From Candidatus Paracaedimonas acanthamoebae (GTDB lineage: Bacteria > Pseudomonadota > Alphaproteobacteria > Caedimonadales > Caedimonadaceae): a stretch of DNA of 32,000 bases. Within the stretch, counting starts at the first letter, position 1; every line of letters starts with the position of its first letter. The stretch covers positions 630,001 through 662,000 of the forward strand of contig CP008936.1 of NCBI GenBank assembly GCA_000743035.1. Direction: 5' to 3'. The notes beneath the pieces were generated by a model. It saw only the letters and a program-made list of their open reading frames with translations, searched no databases and had not been told where the DNA came from. Positions 8,956 to 19,668 of this stretch are shown here, piece after piece. The position numbers were made by a program, and so were the translations under genes.

Positions 8956-9420
8956 TTATATCATCACGCTATGTAATACATTAGAAGAAGAGCTCTTTAA
9001 CCATAGTGGGACAAGAGTTTTAAAGGGCTCAGCCCTCAAATCAATCTCAGCTATTTGGGAGAGCGGCATCCAAACTAATTCAATATGTTTTTCAAGCTGA
9101 GGAAGCTTATTACAGACCGTTAAGGTTTCAGCTTCTGCTTCGAAAACGAAGTTATACTCATGATTATGACACTTGCTGTTATGCCCTGGGGTAAAGCTAT
9201 ATTCAAGGCATCCTAAAAGTCTTTTAATGCAAGCTTTAGCACCAGTTTCTTCATCTAATTCGCGCAAGAGTGCTGCTTCAGCTGATTCTTCATGCTCAAT
9301 ATGTCCTCCTGGAAGAAAGTAAAAATTGACAGAAAGATCAGCTGTTTTGCATAATAAGAGATGATTTTGATCGATGATAACTGCTCGGCTTAGAACATGA
9401 ATGTTATTTATGTTGCTCAT
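8956..9420 (-). CDS. NUDIX hydrolase
   Basis: It has the Nudix box GGHIEHEESAEAALLRELDEETGA. I prefer ATG 9418-9420, which is preceded by GGGAGG, over the TTG at 9438. Confidence 0.75.
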   Translation of the reverse strand: MSNINNIHVLSRAVIIDQNHLLLCKTADLSVNFYFLPGGHIEHEESAEAALLRELDEETGAKACIKRLLGCLEYSFTPGHNSKCHNHEYNFVFEAEAETLTVCNKLPQLEKHIELVWMPLSQIAEIDLRAEPFKTLVPLWLKSSSSNVLHSVMI

Positions 9421-9522
9421 TTTCTGCGCCTCCCACAAGTTTAATCACGCTACTATTGATTATTTATAATTTTATATCAAGAGCTCTTTCCTTCATTTTT
9501 TTGTAAGATTCATTGAAAGCTC

Positions 9523-9549
9523 TTGACTTCCGCCTACAAGAATTATACT
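9523..9549 (+). promoter_or_regulatory. Candidate sigma70-like promoter upstream of rplU-rpmA
   Basis: TTGACT (9523-9528) and TATACT (9544-9549) are present, but the spacer is only 15 nt, which is suboptimal. Confidence 0.2.
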
Positions 9550-9653
9550 GAAAAGTATCGTAAGCCGAATATAGGTTTAAAAATTAGTTTTTACTTGGTG
9601 CTTAAGTGTGTTAAAGAAGCACGAGCTTATAAATTTAAATAGATGGATTGAAA

Positions 9654-10196
9654 ATGTTTGCAGTCATTAAGACAGGTGGAAAGCAATATAAAGTCTCAAA
9701 TGGAGACGTCGTTAAAGTTGAGCGTTTGGAAGGTGAGGCAGGAGCAACTCTTCATTTAAGCGATATTTTAATGCTTGGTGAGGAAAACAAGATGACTGTC
9801 GGTGCGCCCGCCGTGCAAGATGCAGCAGTTCGCGCAACCATTTTAGAACAAGCGCGTGGCGATAAGATAATTGTTTTTAAAAAGCGCCGTCGCCAAGGAT
9901 ATCGTCGCAAAGCTGGTCATCGTCAAGATTTAACAGTGCTACGTATTGAAGAAGTAATTGCTTCTGGTGCAAGTACACTACCTGAGTATACTGCCCCTAA
10001 AAAAGCTGCTGTAAAGCAAGGTGATGAAAAAGCAACAAAAGGTGCTGTAACACTAAAGGCGGCTAAAGAAGAAAAAGTAGCGCCTGTTAAGAAACAAGCT
10101 GAAGCGAAAGACGCAACAAAAGCAACTGCAAAAGAAAAACACGCAGGTGAAGAGAAAGCTAAAAAAGCCCCTGCTAAAAAAGAGACAAAGAAGTAG
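9654..10196 (+). CDS. rplU: 50S ribosomal protein L21 with a long Lys/Ala/Glu-rich C-terminal tail
   Basis: It has the canonical [14 protein letters not shown] start at ATG 9654, and the core ends around residue 100. About 75 further residues follow ([15 protein letters not shown]...[10 protein letters not shown]). Confidence 0.9.
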   Translation: MFAVIKTGGKQYKVSNGDVVKVERLEGEAGATLHLSDILMLGEENKMTVGAPAVQDAAVRATILEQARGDKIIVFKKRRRQGYRRKAGHRQDLTVLRIEEVIASGASTLPEYTAPKKAAVKQGDEKATKGAVTLKAAKEEKVAPVKKQAEAKDATKATAKEKHAGEEKAKKAPAKKETKK

Positions 10197-10206
10197 GAGA
10201 TTTTAG

Positions 10207-10461
10207 ATGGCACATAAAAAGGCTGGTGGTAGTTCTCGGAACGGACGTGACTCCAAGGGACGTCGTTTAGGCGTTAAAAAATATGGTGGTGAATCTGTGA
10301 TTCCAGGGAACATCATTGTTCGTCAAAGAGGCACGAAGTATCACCCTGGTAAAAATGTTGGGATTGGAACGGATCATACTCTTTTTGCTACTACTGAAGG
10401 TAAAGTGAAATTTTCTTCAGGAATAAAAGGTCGCACTTACGTTTCAATCGTTACTCAGTAA
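10207..10461 (+). CDS. rpmA: 50S ribosomal protein L27
   Basis: 84 aa. [24 protein letters not shown] is the canonical L27 N-terminus. Confidence 0.95.
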   Translation: MAHKKAGGSSRNGRDSKGRRLGVKKYGGESVIPGNIIVRQRGTKYHPGKNVGIGTDHTLFATTEGKVKFSSGIKGRTYVSIVTQ

Positions 10462-10483
10462 CATATCTACGAATAAAGATCAT

Positions 10484-11541
<1,058 letters not shown>

Positions 11542-11604
11542 TTCTATAAATTCATTTTTGTTTAGGTCAAGATTAGAGTATAATAAAAATATAGAGCATA
11601 GAAG

Positions 11605-12006
11605 ATGATGAAAATAAACTCGAAAATAACTACCCATTCTCAAGTTCTTGATACAAATCTTATTCATTTCATTATGGCTTTTTTAGAAGATCATAAAGTT
11701 GAGAACCTTGTTACAATTGATCTCTTCAATAAATCCGTGATGTCTGACTATTTAATTATTGGAAGTGGGCGTTCTCAAAAACATGTAAGAATGAGCATTG
11801 AGATTTTGCACTTGGAGCTCGCGAAACAAGGATATAAACAAATTATTGTTGAAGGGTTACCAAATAGCGAGTGGGTGCTTTTAGATGTAGGTTCGGTCAT
11901 TGTGCATCTTTTTACCCCTGAAATGCGAGGTTTTTATAATCTTGAGAAAATGTGGTCAAGTGATTTCAGGCCATCTCATCATCAAGAAGAAAAGATGGGG
12001 GCTTAA
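11605..12006 (+). CDS. rsfS: Ribosomal silencing factor RsfS (iojap family)
   Basis: 133 aa. It has DYLIIGSGRSQKHV and WVLLDVGSVIVHLFTPEMRGFYNLEKMW. Confidence 0.85.
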   Translation: MMKINSKITTHSQVLDTNLIHFIMAFLEDHKVENLVTIDLFNKSVMSDYLIIGSGRSQKHVRMSIEILHLELAKQGYKQIIVEGLPNSEWVLLDVGSVIVHLFTPEMRGFYNLEKMWSSDFRPSHHQEEKMGA

Positions 12007-12012
12007 GCTAGA

Positions 12013-12357
12013 ATGAGTGATTATGAAAGCAATCCTAGCGTTGAAGAAGAAAATTCTTCTGAACAAAAGGGATATATCGATACTGAAGGTAATGAAAAGT
12101 GCCAAAAAGAAAAGAAAGCACAAATAGCATTTTTAAAAGAGCGAGATGAAAAAAGGAAAAATGCTAAAGCGTCTTATCAAGCTTATATAACCAAGATTAC
12201 AGAATATGTTGCGAGTCATGATGCTGATTGTACCAGTGGAACAGCAACTTCTACATCTCGGTCGGAAACGTGTTCAAACGCTCGTCTTGGAGAAGATGGA
12301 GGAGATATTGAAGAGATTTCATCAGAAGGAGCTGGGGATCCAACCTCAGAGGAATAA
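12013..12357 (+). CDS. Hypothetical acidic, low-complexity protein (orphan)
   Basis: 114-aa ORF, rich in E/D/S/T, with no motif I recognise and no convincing Shine-Dalgarno sequence. Overlapping ORFs are open in other frames, so coding status is uncertain. Confidence 0.3.
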   Translation: MSDYESNPSVEEENSSEQKGYIDTEGNEKCQKEKKAQIAFLKERDEKRKNAKASYQAYITKITEYVASHDADCTSGTATSTSRSETCSNARLGEDGGDIEEISSEGAGDPTSEE

Positions 12358-12387
12358 GCAGGCGAGATTAATAAGGAGCCAAGTAAA

Positions 12388-12915
12388 ATGAATAACTCTT
12401 TTGAAATTGGTGAGCTTAAAAAAATACCAGAAGCGAGGTATGTGTATGCGGGTTTCTGGGTTCGTACCATGGGATGGGTTTTAGATACAATAATATTAAC
12501 ACTTATTTTAACACCAATTTTTATAAGTTTAATGACCTTAGCTGGCTATAATAATGAGCTATCAAGTCAAGCAAAGCAGATTTCAGCGCCACTACAATTG
12601 ATAGCGAATTTTTCATTCATCTTTGTGGCTTATATTATTCCATTATTTATTCAATGGTTATACTTTTCTCTTCAATATTCTTCAAAGCACCAGGCAACCC
12701 TTGGTATGAGGGCACTCGGTCTTAAAATAATTTCAGAAACTGGAGGAACCGTCAGTTTTAGTCGTGCAACAGGCCGATATTTCGCTTCATTCTTATCAGG
12801 ATTAATTTTTTTCATTGGTCGACTTATGGTGGCTTTTACGCCACGTAAACAGACTTTACATGATATTATGGCGGGCACTTATGTGATCCGTAAAGTAGAA
12901 ATTGAAAAAAATTGA
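12388..12915 (+). CDS. RDD-family membrane protein
   Basis: 175 aa. It has YAGFWVRTMGWVLDTIIL at the N-terminus, ...TLHDIMAGTYV at the C-terminus, and 3 TM helices. AAGGAG lies upstream of the ATG. Confidence 0.75.
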   Translation: MNNSFEIGELKKIPEARYVYAGFWVRTMGWVLDTIILTLILTPIFISLMTLAGYNNELSSQAKQISAPLQLIANFSFIFVAYIIPLFIQWLYFSLQYSSKHQATLGMRALGLKIISETGGTVSFSRATGRYFASFLSGLIFFIGRLMVAFTPRKQTLHDIMAGTYVIRKVEIEKN

Positions 12916-12964
12916 TTTGTTAAAGTTGAGAAATAAAAAAGAAGTTGATAGAAGTAAAAAGAGA

Positions 12965-13331
12965 CTCGAAGGTCGGATGATCGCTTCTAATAAATTTAGA
13001 GGAGGAAAGTCCGGGCTCCACGGAAAGAGGATGCTGGATAACGTCCAGCGAGGGTAACCTTAGGGAAAGTGCCACAGAAAATATACCGCCAGCTTTTGTC
13101 TGGTAAGGGTGAAATGGTGCGGTAAGAGCGCACCGCACCTCTGGTAACAGAGGTGGCAGGGTAAACCCCATCCGGAGCAAGACCAAATAGGGACGATAGT
13201 TAGGGAAACCTAAAGGCGACTTTCCGCGTTATCGTCCGGGTAGGTCGCGTGAAGCTTTTGGTAACAAAAGCTCCAGATGAATGATCATCCCTGGTCATAC
13301 CAGGACAGAACCCGGCTTATAGACCTTCGAG
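12965..13331 (+). ncRNA. rnpB: RNase P RNA, bacterial type A
   Basis: The conserved GAGGAAAGTCCGGGCTCCA, GGGTAAACCCCA and ACAGAACCCGGCTTA blocks are present. P1 pairs ctcgaaggtc (12965-12974) with gaccttcgag (13322-13331). Confidence 0.9.
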
Positions 13332-13383
13332 CTTATATTTTGTTTGTAGCCCAAGATACAGCGCAGGCTTAACCTATAACCTC

Positions 13384-14340
13384 ATGGTATTGATGAACCA
13401 ACTCTCTGTTTTCAAAACAGCTTTTTCACCACTTCGTCCAACGGATACGGTGGCTGTTGTTGCTCCCTCTTTTGGTGCTGTTGATGGGCTTCTTGAGAAG
13501 GCACGTTTATTTTTATCTAGCTGGGGATTACGTATGAAGGTTCACTCTGATCTCTATGGAGATGATCTTCTCTATGCTAATACCGATGATAAGCGCTTTC
13601 AATGCTTGATGGATGCCTTTTATGATGAAGACGTTAAGGCTGTTTGGTGTCTACGGGGCGGGGCCGGATCTAAACGTTTGATCCCACTGCTTGAAAAAGT
13701 AGAACGACCTTCTACAGAAAAGCTATTTATTGGATTAAGTGATATTACAGCACTTCATACCTTTCTTCATCAAGTCTGGGGTTGGATGCCAATTCATGGA
13801 TTTACTTTAAGTCATCTGGTTAAAGAAGACGCGAATCCTACAATAATAAAAGAGATGCAAGATATTCTTTTTGGGAATCAACAGCAGGTTATTTTTAATA
13901 ATTTAGTCCCTTTAAATCAACAAGCTCGAAATCTTCAAGACTTAACGGCACCTTTGGTGGGGGGGAATCTAGCCGTTTTGCAATATAGCCTTGGGACAAG
14001 TTGGCAGATTCAAACCAATGGGAAAATATTGCTGTTAGAGGATGTGAACGAGAAACCTTACCGGGTTGCTGAGTATTTAGAACATTTTAGGCAAACTGGC
14101 GTTTTAGAGGGGCTTAAAGCTCTCTTTTTAGCTGATTTCACCTACGACATGCCTGAACAAAATCAAAGTTCTTTGTTACAAGAAGTTTTTAAAAAGTTCG
14201 CATCTGAGGTCCAATTTCCTGTTTTTCGGATGACAGGTGTCGGTCATGGGCTTATCAGTCGACCTTTTATGGTTGGAGGGACTGCAACAGTAAATGGACA
14301 GGAGCAAAAACTGATATGTTTTTTTCCTACAATCTCATAG
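13384..14340 (+). CDS. ldcA: LD-carboxypeptidase (peptidase S66, muramoyltetrapeptide carboxypeptidase)
   Basis: 318 aa. It has VAVVAPS, a GLSDITALH nucleophile motif and a GVGHG histidine motif. Confidence 0.8.
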   Translation: MVLMNQLSVFKTAFSPLRPTDTVAVVAPSFGAVDGLLEKARLFLSSWGLRMKVHSDLYGDDLLYANTDDKRFQCLMDAFYDEDVKAVWCLRGGAGSKRLIPLLEKVERPSTEKLFIGLSDITALHTFLHQVWGWMPIHGFTLSHLVKEDANPTIIKEMQDILFGNQQQVIFNNLVPLNQQARNLQDLTAPLVGGNLAVLQYSLGTSWQIQTNGKILLLEDVNEKPYRVAEYLEHFRQTGVLEGLKALFLADFTYDMPEQNQSSLLQEVFKKFASEVQFPVFRMTGVGHGLISRPFMVGGTATVNGQEQKLICFFPTIS

Positions 14341-14357
14341 CATATAAGGTCTATCTC

Positions 14358-14855
14358 TTAAGAAGCAAAGGCTCTATTAGGATTTTCAATTTTCAATAAA
14401 AAGGCTTTGGTCTCAAGCCCTCCTGCAAACCCAGTTAATTCACCATTAGAACCAATAACGCGATGGCAAGGGGCAATAATGGAAATAGGATTTTTCCCAT
14501 TGGCAGCGCCAACAGCACGAACAGCCTTTGGATTGCCAATTTGTTTGGCGATTTGAGCATAACTACGCGTCTCTCCAAAAGGGATCGTTAATAAGGCTTG
14601 CCAAACCTTTTTTTGAAATTCAGTGCCTATAAAATCAAGTTTTAAAGAGAATTCTTTTAGTTTGCCAGTGAAATAATCTCTTAATTGTTGTTCAGTTTCA
14701 AGAAGGAGAGGGTGGTTTTTATCTTCTGTCATGGAAGTAAAGGGGGTACGTTGAGGAGAATCATTTTCCCATAAAATGCCTGCTAAACCTTTATCGCTAG
14801 AGATTAACTTTAAAATGCCGACCGGCGAGTTCATTGTTTTATAAACATAGGTCAT
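14358..14855 (-). CDS. ogt: Methylated-DNA--protein-cysteine methyltransferase
   Basis: 165 aa. It has the PCHRVIG active site and the YAQIAKQIGNPKAVRAVGAANGKNP helix-turn-helix. Confidence 0.9.
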   Translation of the reverse strand: MTYVYKTMNSPVGILKLISSDKGLAGILWENDSPQRTPFTSMTEDKNHPLLLETEQQLRDYFTGKLKEFSLKLDFIGTEFQKKVWQALLTIPFGETRSYAQIAKQIGNPKAVRAVGAANGKNPISIIAPCHRVIGSNGELTGFAGGLETKAFLLKIENPNRAFAS

Positions 14856-15222
14856 GATTAACTTCCAAAATATAACGAAAAAATAACAAAGCCATCAATT
14901 AATAGGTATTATAGCTAAGGAGAAAATTTTTTCAATTTTGAAGTAAAGATTCAATTGGATGTTTAAGTAGGGGAGATATTTCTAAGTATTACCAAGAGCC
15001 ACAACTTTTTTAAATCATGGCTCTTTAAAAAAGATTTTAAAGTTCTTTTTAAGGATGATGGTGCATCATTTGTTGAATATTAATATCAAGTATCAAATCA
15101 CGCATCCTTACTCATTTTCATCTTTATCACGGTGCTCTTTATCAATAAGCTTGCCAGAGATAAGAAAAACATGCGTTCTTGTTCCTTTGGGAATTGTATG
15201 CTGATCAGCTCTTGTTGTAATT

Positions 15223-15726
15223 TTAATTCTTAATTCTTATTAAGTTAGGTTCTATCACTGAGCTAAACTCATCTATTAAAGCTTGATAAGTCTTTCGCTT
15301 AAAAGAAATGGCAAGAACAGGTAACTCTTCAATACGTATCCACTGCCAATCACAGAATTCTGGATGTTCGGTGGCAATATTGATTTCTGTGTCTTCACCG
15401 AGAAAGCGCATTAAAAACCATTTCTGACGTTGACCACGATAGTTTCCCCCCCATAATTTACCGATTAAATATGGGGGAAAATCATAGGTGTGCCAGGTGT
15501 GGGATGCAGCCAAAATTTGAACGTTATTTGTCCCAATTTCTTCTTTTAGTTCCCGAAAAGCAGCGGTTTCAGGTGTCTCTCCTTCATCAATGCCTCCTTG
15601 AGGCATTTGCCAGGCTTTTGTCGCAGGAACAATGCGTCTTGCTACAAAGACTTTATTTTCTTTGTTTAAGAGCATAACTCCAACCCCGTTACGATAGGGG
15701 GGAAGAAATTTTTTTGTATGCTTCAT
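15223..15726 (-). CDS. rppH: RNA pyrophosphohydrolase (Nudix)
   Basis: 167 aa. It has PYRNGVGVMLLN and the Nudix box GGIDEGETPETAAFRELKEEIG. Confidence 0.85.
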   Translation of the reverse strand: MKHTKKFLPPYRNGVGVMLLNKENKVFVARRIVPATKAWQMPQGGIDEGETPETAAFRELKEEIGTNNVQILAASHTWHTYDFPPYLIGKLWGGNYRGQRQKWFLMRFLGEDTEINIATEHPEFCDWQWIRIEELPVLAISFKRKTYQALIDEFSSVIEPNLIRIKN

Positions 15727-15781
15727 TTATTTTTTCTTCCTGCCTCAGTCAAAAACAGCCATTTTTGAATTGATGAATCTT

Positions 15782-17182
15782 TTACTTACCTTTCTTAAGC
15801 TGATCGATGTATTTCCCTGGTTGAAGTTTCTCGTAAAGGCTCATTGCTTTTAAAAGGCTGAAAGCTTGTTTAAGTTGATAGTCAGGAACATCCTTCAGGA
15901 TATTTTCTTCTTTCTTGTTTTTTTTATCTACTTTTTGAGGAGTTGTGGGCGTAGGGGCTCCAAGTTTATCAGAAATGATCGAAGGTAACGCTCCAATTAA
16001 ATTGTTTTCTCTTAAACGTTTATCTTCATTAACTGTTTTAAGATCAATATGCTGCTCAATTTTAATATCGGGTGCGATACCATTTTTTTGAATCGTTTTA
16101 CCTGAAGGTGCGTAGTAAAGGGCAACAGTCAGTTTAATAGCGCCTTTATTGGTGAGCGGGATGACACTTTGAACAGACCCTTTTCCAAATGATTTTGTTC
16201 CAACAATGACAGCTCTTTTATTATCCTGAAGGGCTGCCGCAACAATTTCTGCAGCAGAAGCAGTTCCGCTATTAATAAGAACCATTAAGGGGGCGCTGCT
16301 TGTGAAATCACCTGGGTTTGCAGTAAAATGGAGCTCTTTTTTGGGGTCTCTTCCACGAATAGAAACAATCTTACCACCATTCAAAAAGACATCACTCACG
16401 GAAACAGCTTCGTCAAGTAAGCCACCGCTGTTATTACGTAAATCGAGAATATAGCCTGTGAGTTCTTCCTTATCTATTTTTTTCTTAATTTCTCGAATTG
16501 CCTTTAAAAGTTCTTTCGTTGTTTCTTGGTTGAAGGTCGAAATGCGGATATAGGCAATATTATCTTCAATGTGCCATTTGATAGGACGAGTATTGATGAT
16601 AGCTCTTTGTAGAGTAAGGTCAAAAGGCGCTAATTTTTCACGCTTTATTGAAATTGTAACTTCAGTACCAGGCTCTCCACGTAGTTTTTCAGCAGCTTCA
16701 AGGGACTTCATTTGGTAAGTAGCTTCTTTATTAATCGCAATAATTTGATCTCCTGGTAAGACACCAGCTTTTTGAGCAGGAGACTCATCAAGAGCTGAGA
16801 TAACATGAATAACACCATCTTCCATCACCATTTCGATTCCAAGGCCTCCATAATGACCTTGTGTTTGCTTCTTAATATTTTCATATTTTTCAGGGTCGAG
16901 ATAAGCTGAATAAGGATCTAAAGAAGACAAAATACCGTTTAGGGCACCCTCTAATAATTTTGTATCATTAACCTTTTCAATATATTCTCTCTTAACACGA
17001 TCAGTAACGTAGCTATAAAAGAGTGCAGCCTCCTTAGCAGAGAGGGAAGAGGGATTAGTGCTGGTTTTATCTTTATCTTTATCTTTGGCGGCGCTACATC
17101 CTGTAACCAAGATGGTAAACGAAAAGATCAAACAAGCCCACAATTTACAGCAATAAAATTTAGGAGAAATAGAGGCTAACAT
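15782..17182 (-). CDS. ctpA: Carboxy-terminal processing protease (S41), probable lipoprotein
   Basis: 466 aa. It has a lipobox LVTGC, a PDZ segment, and the S41 motifs DLRNNSGG and GTASAAEI. Confidence 0.9.
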   Translation of the reverse strand: MLASISPKFYCCKLWACLIFSFTILVTGCSAAKDKDKDKTSTNPSSLSAKEAALFYSYVTDRVKREYIEKVNDTKLLEGALNGILSSLDPYSAYLDPEKYENIKKQTQGHYGGLGIEMVMEDGVIHVISALDESPAQKAGVLPGDQIIAINKEATYQMKSLEAAEKLRGEPGTEVTISIKREKLAPFDLTLQRAIINTRPIKWHIEDNIAYIRISTFNQETTKELLKAIREIKKKIDKEELTGYILDLRNNSGGLLDEAVSVSDVFLNGGKIVSIRGRDPKKELHFTANPGDFTSSAPLMVLINSGTASAAEIVAAALQDNKRAVIVGTKSFGKGSVQSVIPLTNKGAIKLTVALYYAPSGKTIQKNGIAPDIKIEQHIDLKTVNEDKRLRENNLIGALPSIISDKLGAPTPTTPQKVDKKNKKEENILKDVPDYQLKQAFSLLKAMSLYEKLQPGKYIDQLKKGK

Positions 17183-17253
17183 AACTTTCCTTTATTCTAA
17201 GTCAACTTACCTTATAGTTTATAGCAAGCTCTGTCTTTATTAAATACATTAAA

Positions 17254-18792
17254 CTAAAGATTTTTTAATAAAGATTTTCCTGTCATCTGCGGTGGTTTAG
17301 GCAATCCTAATATCTCTAATATTGTTGGTGCTATATCCGATAGTTTTCCATCAGATAAAAAAGCTCCCTGGAGGGCATTGTTGATACACAAAAAAGGGAC
17401 AGGGTTCATGGTATGAGCTGTGTGCGCTTCTTTTAAAATCTCATCATAAACTTGTTCAGCATTACCATGATCTGCAGTGATTAGAAGGGTTCCATTAAGA
17501 GATAATACTGCTTTTTCAAGCTCTCCTAAGCATTGATCAACGCATTCTACTGCTTGAATAGAGGCTTTGAGGTCACCTGAGTGCCCAACCATATCGGTAT
17601 TCGCATAATTCACAACGACAAGATCGTAGGATGTTTTATGTATAGCAGAAATAAGTTCTTGCGTTACTTCCTTAGCAGACATCTCTGGCTGTAAATCATA
17701 AGTGGCAACCTTTGGGGAAGGCACAAGGATGCGATCTTCTTGAGGGAAAGGTGCTTCTTGGCCTCCATTAAAGAAGAAAGTGACGTGCGCATATTTTTCT
17801 GTTTCTGCAATACGCAGTTGCTTAAATCCAGCATTTGCAACTACTTCGCCCAAACTATTATGAATCTCAATAGCAGAAAAGAGCGCAGAACAGTAATTAT
17901 TTAAATTTTCAGAATACTCAACAAGGCCTAAAGCTGCTGAGAATTTAACAATCTTACTTCTCTGAAAATTTTGAAAGTCTTGCAACACAAGAGCACTTAA
18001 AATTTGACGGACTCGATCGGCACGAAAATTTGCGATAAATAACCCGTCTCCATCGTGCATTCCTTGATAGTCTTGGAAAAGAGCAGGAGGGATAAACTCA
18101 TCGGTGATCTTAGATGTATAGTTTTCCTCAACATAGGTTAAGGGGTCATTAAAGATAGGTCCTTGTGCTGCTGTTATGACTTGATAGGCTTTTTCAACTC
18201 GATCCCAACGCTTATCGCGATCCATTCCAAAGTAGCGTCCCCCTATTGTTGCAATTTTAATAGAAGGAATAGTATCAATTTCGTTCACTAAGTGCTTTAG
18301 GTATTCTTTCCCTGAATTAGGGGATGTATCTCGTCCATCAAGGAAAAGATGTAAATAAATAATCAACCCCTCATTTGCAAAAGCCTTTGCTAATGCAATG
18401 ATATGGTTTTGATGTGAGTGAACGCCTCCGGGAGATAGAAGACCTAAAAGGTGCACCACACCGGTTCCTTCTTGTACTTTTTTGGTAAAATTTTGAAATT
18501 CGGTAAGATGTATGATTTCATTATTATTAAGAGCTGCATCAATGCGTGGTAGGTCTTGCATGATAATGCGTCCAGCTCCGATGTTCATATGTCCAACTTC
18601 AGAATTGCCCATTTGGCCTTCAGGAAGTCCAACATCATGGGCTGATGCCTTAAGGAGTGAATGAGGATAATTTTTTAGAAAACGATCAAAATTAGGGGTT
18701 TTTGCTTGTGCAATTGCGTTATGATTTATTTCCTCACGATGTCCCCATCCATCTAAGATGCATAAAATTATAGGGGAATGATTATCTTTCAT
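17254..18792 (-). CDS. gpmI: 2,3-bisphosphoglycerate-independent phosphoglycerate mutase
   Basis: 512 aa. It has ILDGWG, MGNSEVGHMNIGAGR and ADHGNAE motifs. Confidence 0.95.
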   Translation of the reverse strand: MKDNHSPIILCILDGWGHREEINHNAIAQAKTPNFDRFLKNYPHSLLKASAHDVGLPEGQMGNSEVGHMNIGAGRIIMQDLPRIDAALNNNEIIHLTEFQNFTKKVQEGTGVVHLLGLLSPGGVHSHQNHIIALAKAFANEGLIIYLHLFLDGRDTSPNSGKEYLKHLVNEIDTIPSIKIATIGGRYFGMDRDKRWDRVEKAYQVITAAQGPIFNDPLTYVEENYTSKITDEFIPPALFQDYQGMHDGDGLFIANFRADRVRQILSALVLQDFQNFQRSKIVKFSAALGLVEYSENLNNYCSALFSAIEIHNSLGEVVANAGFKQLRIAETEKYAHVTFFFNGGQEAPFPQEDRILVPSPKVATYDLQPEMSAKEVTQELISAIHKTSYDLVVVNYANTDMVGHSGDLKASIQAVECVDQCLGELEKAVLSLNGTLLITADHGNAEQVYDEILKEAHTAHTMNPVPFLCINNALQGAFLSDGKLSDIAPTILEILGLPKPPQMTGKSLLKNL

Positions 18793-18840
18793 TTAAAACT
18801 CCATATGGTCAGGCCTTTAAGCACTTTTATAATGGTATTA

Positions 18841-19311
18841 TTATTTAGGTTTTGTGAGTGAATATCCTAAATTTTTTGCAACTTTATCAAGATAACTATT
18901 AACGAATCCTGGTTCTTTCCCTTCGAAAAAACCATGAGTAATATCAACATATTCTGAGATAATAACCGGTGCAGGAATTGTTGTTAATTTTCCTAAGAAT
19001 TCAGCTGTAGCAACTTGTAAAATAGCTTTTAAAATTGATTCTAAGCGTTCTATAGACCACTCTTGGCTAAGATTTGCGAGAATGAGATCGGTGATATCTT
19101 GTCGTCTTTCATGAGCTGTTGTTATGAGATTTCTAAATAAAGAGATATCTACACTGACAGGGTAATCACCTGAATTAAAACGGTGAAGGATAAATTCCTC
19201 TATCACAGCAGAGGCTGTTTCTTCTGTCTCAGAAATTTGGTAGAGCGCTTGAACTGCCGCAAGTCTTGCAGCGCGGCTTTTTTCAAAATGATTACGATGA
19301 GGTTGTGCCAT
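18841..19311 (-). CDS. nusB: Transcription antitermination factor NusB
   Basis: 156 aa. It has RSRAARLAAVQALYQ and a NusB-like helical layout. Confidence 0.85.
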   Translation of the reverse strand: MAQPHRNHFEKSRAARLAAVQALYQISETEETASAVIEEFILHRFNSGDYPVSVDISLFRNLITTAHERRQDITDLILANLSQEWSIERLESILKAILQVATAEFLGKLTTIPAPVIISEYVDITHGFFEGKEPGFVNSYLDKVAKNLGYSLTKPK

Positions 19312-19402
19312 TCTTCATTTTCAAAGATGATTAATTAAAAAATATTAATGCCGATAGATGGAAAGAAAGGCAAGCATTCTCTGAAGATGATAAAATTTTA
19401 TT

Positions 19403-19441
19403 GTAAAAAAGATTCCCGGAGACTCAAGTCTCAGGGAATCT
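19403..19441 (-). terminator. Rho-independent terminator, read on the minus strand ~230 nt downstream of dps
   Basis: The hairpin is AGATTCCC-GG-AGAC-tcaa-GTCT-CA-GGGAATCT (19410-19441). On the minus strand it is followed by TTTTTT (19405-19410). Confidence 0.5.
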
Positions 19442-19668
19442 TTCTTGCTCACTTCCAACCTATATGAAGTAAACATGCTGCTGAATAATCAATCTAAAAT
19501 CTTTGGAGAAACTGTACATTGTCCCTAAGGTTTATACTTGAGACTTAGTCCAAGAACCTTTCCCCTTTGTCTTATTATTTTTTTTATTACTTACAAGATT
19601 ATTATATTCAAAAAAGGTTAACAAAGAGTAAAGGCTTCAAGAAAATCTGGTTCTTTTGAATTTAATTC

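Noticed and set aside
9923-10213. 96-aa ORF antisense to the rplU tail
   Set aside because: It is the mirror image of the Lys/Ala/Glu-rich codon run (an Ala/Phe/Ser-rich low-complexity product). It also overlaps the rpmA start.
12206-12470. ORFs 12206-12391 (+) and 12216-12470 (-) overlapping the acidic orphan ORF and the RDD gene start
   Set aside because: Their products are low-complexity, they lack ribosome-binding sites, and they overlap the well-supported RDD start with its AAGGAG. They are most likely compositional artefacts.
12920-13186. 88-aa ORF on the minus strand
   Set aside because: It is antisense to the RNase P RNA, whose conserved blocks and P1 pairing are unambiguous on the plus strand.
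15108-15236. Open minus-strand frame encoding ..KITTRADQHTIPKGTRTHVFLISGKLIDKEHRDKDENE just downstream of rppH
   Set aside because: It has no ATG/GTG/TTG start (only ATT codons) and no ribosome-binding site, and it overlaps the rppH stop. I do not recognise the peptide. It could be checked by TBLASTN but is not reportable as a gene.
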